Assembly: GCA_039096225.1 (NCBI GenBank) | Contig: JBBPEB010000004.1 | Location: 1,116,001-1,180,000, forward strand | Reading direction: 5' to 3' | Origin: Blastocystis sp. Blastoise | Lineage: Eukaryota; Protista; Bigyra: Opalinata | Length of the DNA stretch: 64,000 nt | Shown here: positions 61,576-64,000 of the stretch, in pieces | Position numbering within the stretch: position 1 is the stretch's first letter | Layout of the letters: the number at the start of each line of letters is the position of its first letter | The notes under the pieces: generated by a model | Seen by the model: only the letters and a program-made list of their open reading frames with translations | What the model was told of the DNA's origin: nothing | The model's database searches: none | Translations under genes and position numbers: made by a program

Positions 61576-64000
61576 ATGTGTGCTGAAAAGTATTTACTAG
61601 CAAGTAGTATCATAACTAAGGTAATTATTAGGTTTTACAAGAAACTCAACCTTGTCTACGATCTGAGCGGTTTTTCAACTATAGAAGACACCTCAAAGTA
61701 TGTAGCTACATGCTTATGTATATTATTATTCGTTTAGACTTCAATCTCTGTATGAGACTTTTACTCTGGAGATTCTTTCCAAGGCTTTGCTTCAAAATAA
61801 GATTCACTATTGGAAGTATATACGTTTTTGATATTATTTATTATTTATTTCCTATTATTTAGCTTTTATTTTTACGATTCTCGTTGTGGTATTGGATGTT
61901 CTCCTAGTGAAATGAAACGAACTTTCAGGAGACTCAATATCTTAGAGAAGGAAGTTGAAGGCAACGACAATTCATTTGCAGAAGTAATTATTTTTTTAAG
62001 ATTTTTTTAATTATTATATTTATTATATTTATTATATTTATTATATTTATTATATTTATTATATTTATTTATTAAAGGTTATAAATCAAAAGTCTTATAA
62101 GAAATTCTTACAATATTTATATTCTATGATTCGATCTATAAAGAAAGAAGAAGAAATAAAACGAAGGTATTTATTTATTATTTATTTATTTTTTTTTTGT
62201 AAAATATAATATATTATTATTATAATAGTGAAAAACATCAAAGTGCTATTTTAGAAATGGAAAAAGAAATTCAAAATCTTGTTACGGAACAAAAAGTATT
62301 TATTATTATTCTTATTTATTCTTATTCTTATTTATTCTTATTCTTATTTATTCTTATTCTTATTTATTATTTACTATTATTGTATTTATAATACATATGT
62401 TTATTATCTTTATTACCCTTTATATTATGACCTATAGTGTGCTCGATATCGATCTGAACGTATTCGATTAAATATAAAAATCGAAGAAGAACGAGCTATT
62501 CTACGTACAAGAAAAGAACTTGTATATATATATATATATATATATAGTTAATATAGTTATATAACTATATATATAGATCAATCCCAATCCTGATTTGAGT
62601 AAAACTAGACTGAATATACTCCAACAGTATATATATATATTATTCTTATATATATATATAGGACATTATTGGAAGTTGATTTCCACGGGGATATTCATGT
62701 TTGTGATTTAGATAAAGAAAAAGAACCTATCTTAAGCTCGAAAAATGATAGTATATATATATATATAATATAGAGTAAATAATATATATATATATATATA
62801 TAGAAGATGCTTATTCACTAGTTTATATATTTACACCGTTACCCCAAACTGTAGAAGATGCCTATGTATATATATATATATATATACATATTTATTTATT
62901 TATTTCTATAGTGTTTCTGTAATACTTATAAATATATACCTTCTTTGAAAGTATCCAATAAATGCCATTTGTGTTCCCAAGAAAGTCACGTGCTTTTACC
63001 TCATCGATTAGAGATTATTAAACAGGATATTTCTGTATTTAATATTCTATATATGTATATAACTTTACTATATCTATAGACTATGCTTGCAAAGACATTC
63101 AGTCCATTTCAGTCGAATCATATATCGCTGAATCTTATTCCTATGTCTTTATTTTCATCTTCATCTATTAATGATACTTATCCTTTATCTACTTCTTATT
63201 CTCTTTTTTATTCTTTATTTGTTAATTCTACTGATATACATATTATTCATAATTATGATTTATTTATATCTTCGCATTTCTATCCATTCCAAGTAGTTAA
63301 ACAAGACGAACAAAATAATCATCAACAGAAAGAAATTCCCACGGGAAATAACGAAGAAAATCCGAATGCTTTTCGTTGTCAATTTCATTTCTCTGATACT
63401 CGTATTCTATATATTATTTTTGATTTTTATATATATTATATATATTATATAAAGCCATCATATATAATAAATATTTTTTATTATGATTCATTTTTTCTTA
63501 TTCTTCTAGTTAGTATTATATATATATATCTATTATATCTCTATTATATGTATATCTATTATATCTCTACTCTATATATTCTCTAGTATCTTCTGCTTGT
63601 TATATGATCCCTTCTGTATCGTATATGAAGGCATTATATCTCAAGAATAAAGATACTCTTCCTTTTACTTGTCTCTCTCATGATGTCTCTTCTTCTCTAT
63701 ATACTAAAACTACTTCTTCTTCTCTAGCTAATCCTCCACCACTTTCACCGTTATTCACAGACTCTAAAGATCCTAAAGATCCTAAAGATCCTAAAGATTT
63801 TAAAGATTTTAAACATTTTAAAGATCCTAAAGATCTTGAAGATCTTGAAGATCTTGAAGATTCTGAAGATCCGTTATATACAGATACAAAACTATCTTCG
63901 AAAGTGACGAAAATAAAGAAGACGAATAGTAAGAAGAAAGAATCAAAGACTATTCGTATGAATAAAGTAAAGAAAATAAATAAAATACTAAAAGAACAAT
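61576..64000 (+). CDS. Hypothetical multi-exon protein with coiled coil, continues beyond the window
   Basis: Open frame through 11 GT-AG introns; (KDP)/(EDL) 9-nt repeats at 63765-63872; no recognised family; start uncertain. Confidence 0.65.

Noticed and set aside
61621-61631. 11-nt GT..AG micro-intron
   Set aside because: Too short, and the frame reads through without it

Overview
Very AT-rich, intron-dense eukaryotic nuclear DNA using the standard genetic code. I spliced it by hand into 18 protein-coding genes with roughly 145 short introns. Gene content (expanded TLDc family, divergent legumain, NDUFAF7, Miro, Pam16) suggests a Blastocystis-like stramenopile; this is inference only. Gene order: COPA (3' part), purF, TLDc-1, legumain, TLDc-2, diflavin reductase, NAA20, SNU23/ZMAT2, HSPBP1/Fes1, NDUFAF7, Myb-SHAQKYF factor, giant pseudokinase-like protein, YIF1, Miro, filamin/Ig-repeat protein, PAM16, metallophosphoesterase, hypothetical protein (runs off the end). 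The main signals are in splicing. (1) Four U12-type AT-AC introns (about 3% of introns, no GT-AG minor intron seen), all with a TAAT branch motif. (2) Three or four introns lack canonical ends, and in each the aberrant base equals the base of the spliced mRNA junction, pointing to an mRNA-templated overwrite (real or a polishing artefact). (3) Ordinary introns have near-palindromic GTATAT...ATATAG ends. Also present: two decayed tRNA-like copies, a foldback element, TGAC-rich blocks, and a filamin-repeat gene with no usable start codon.
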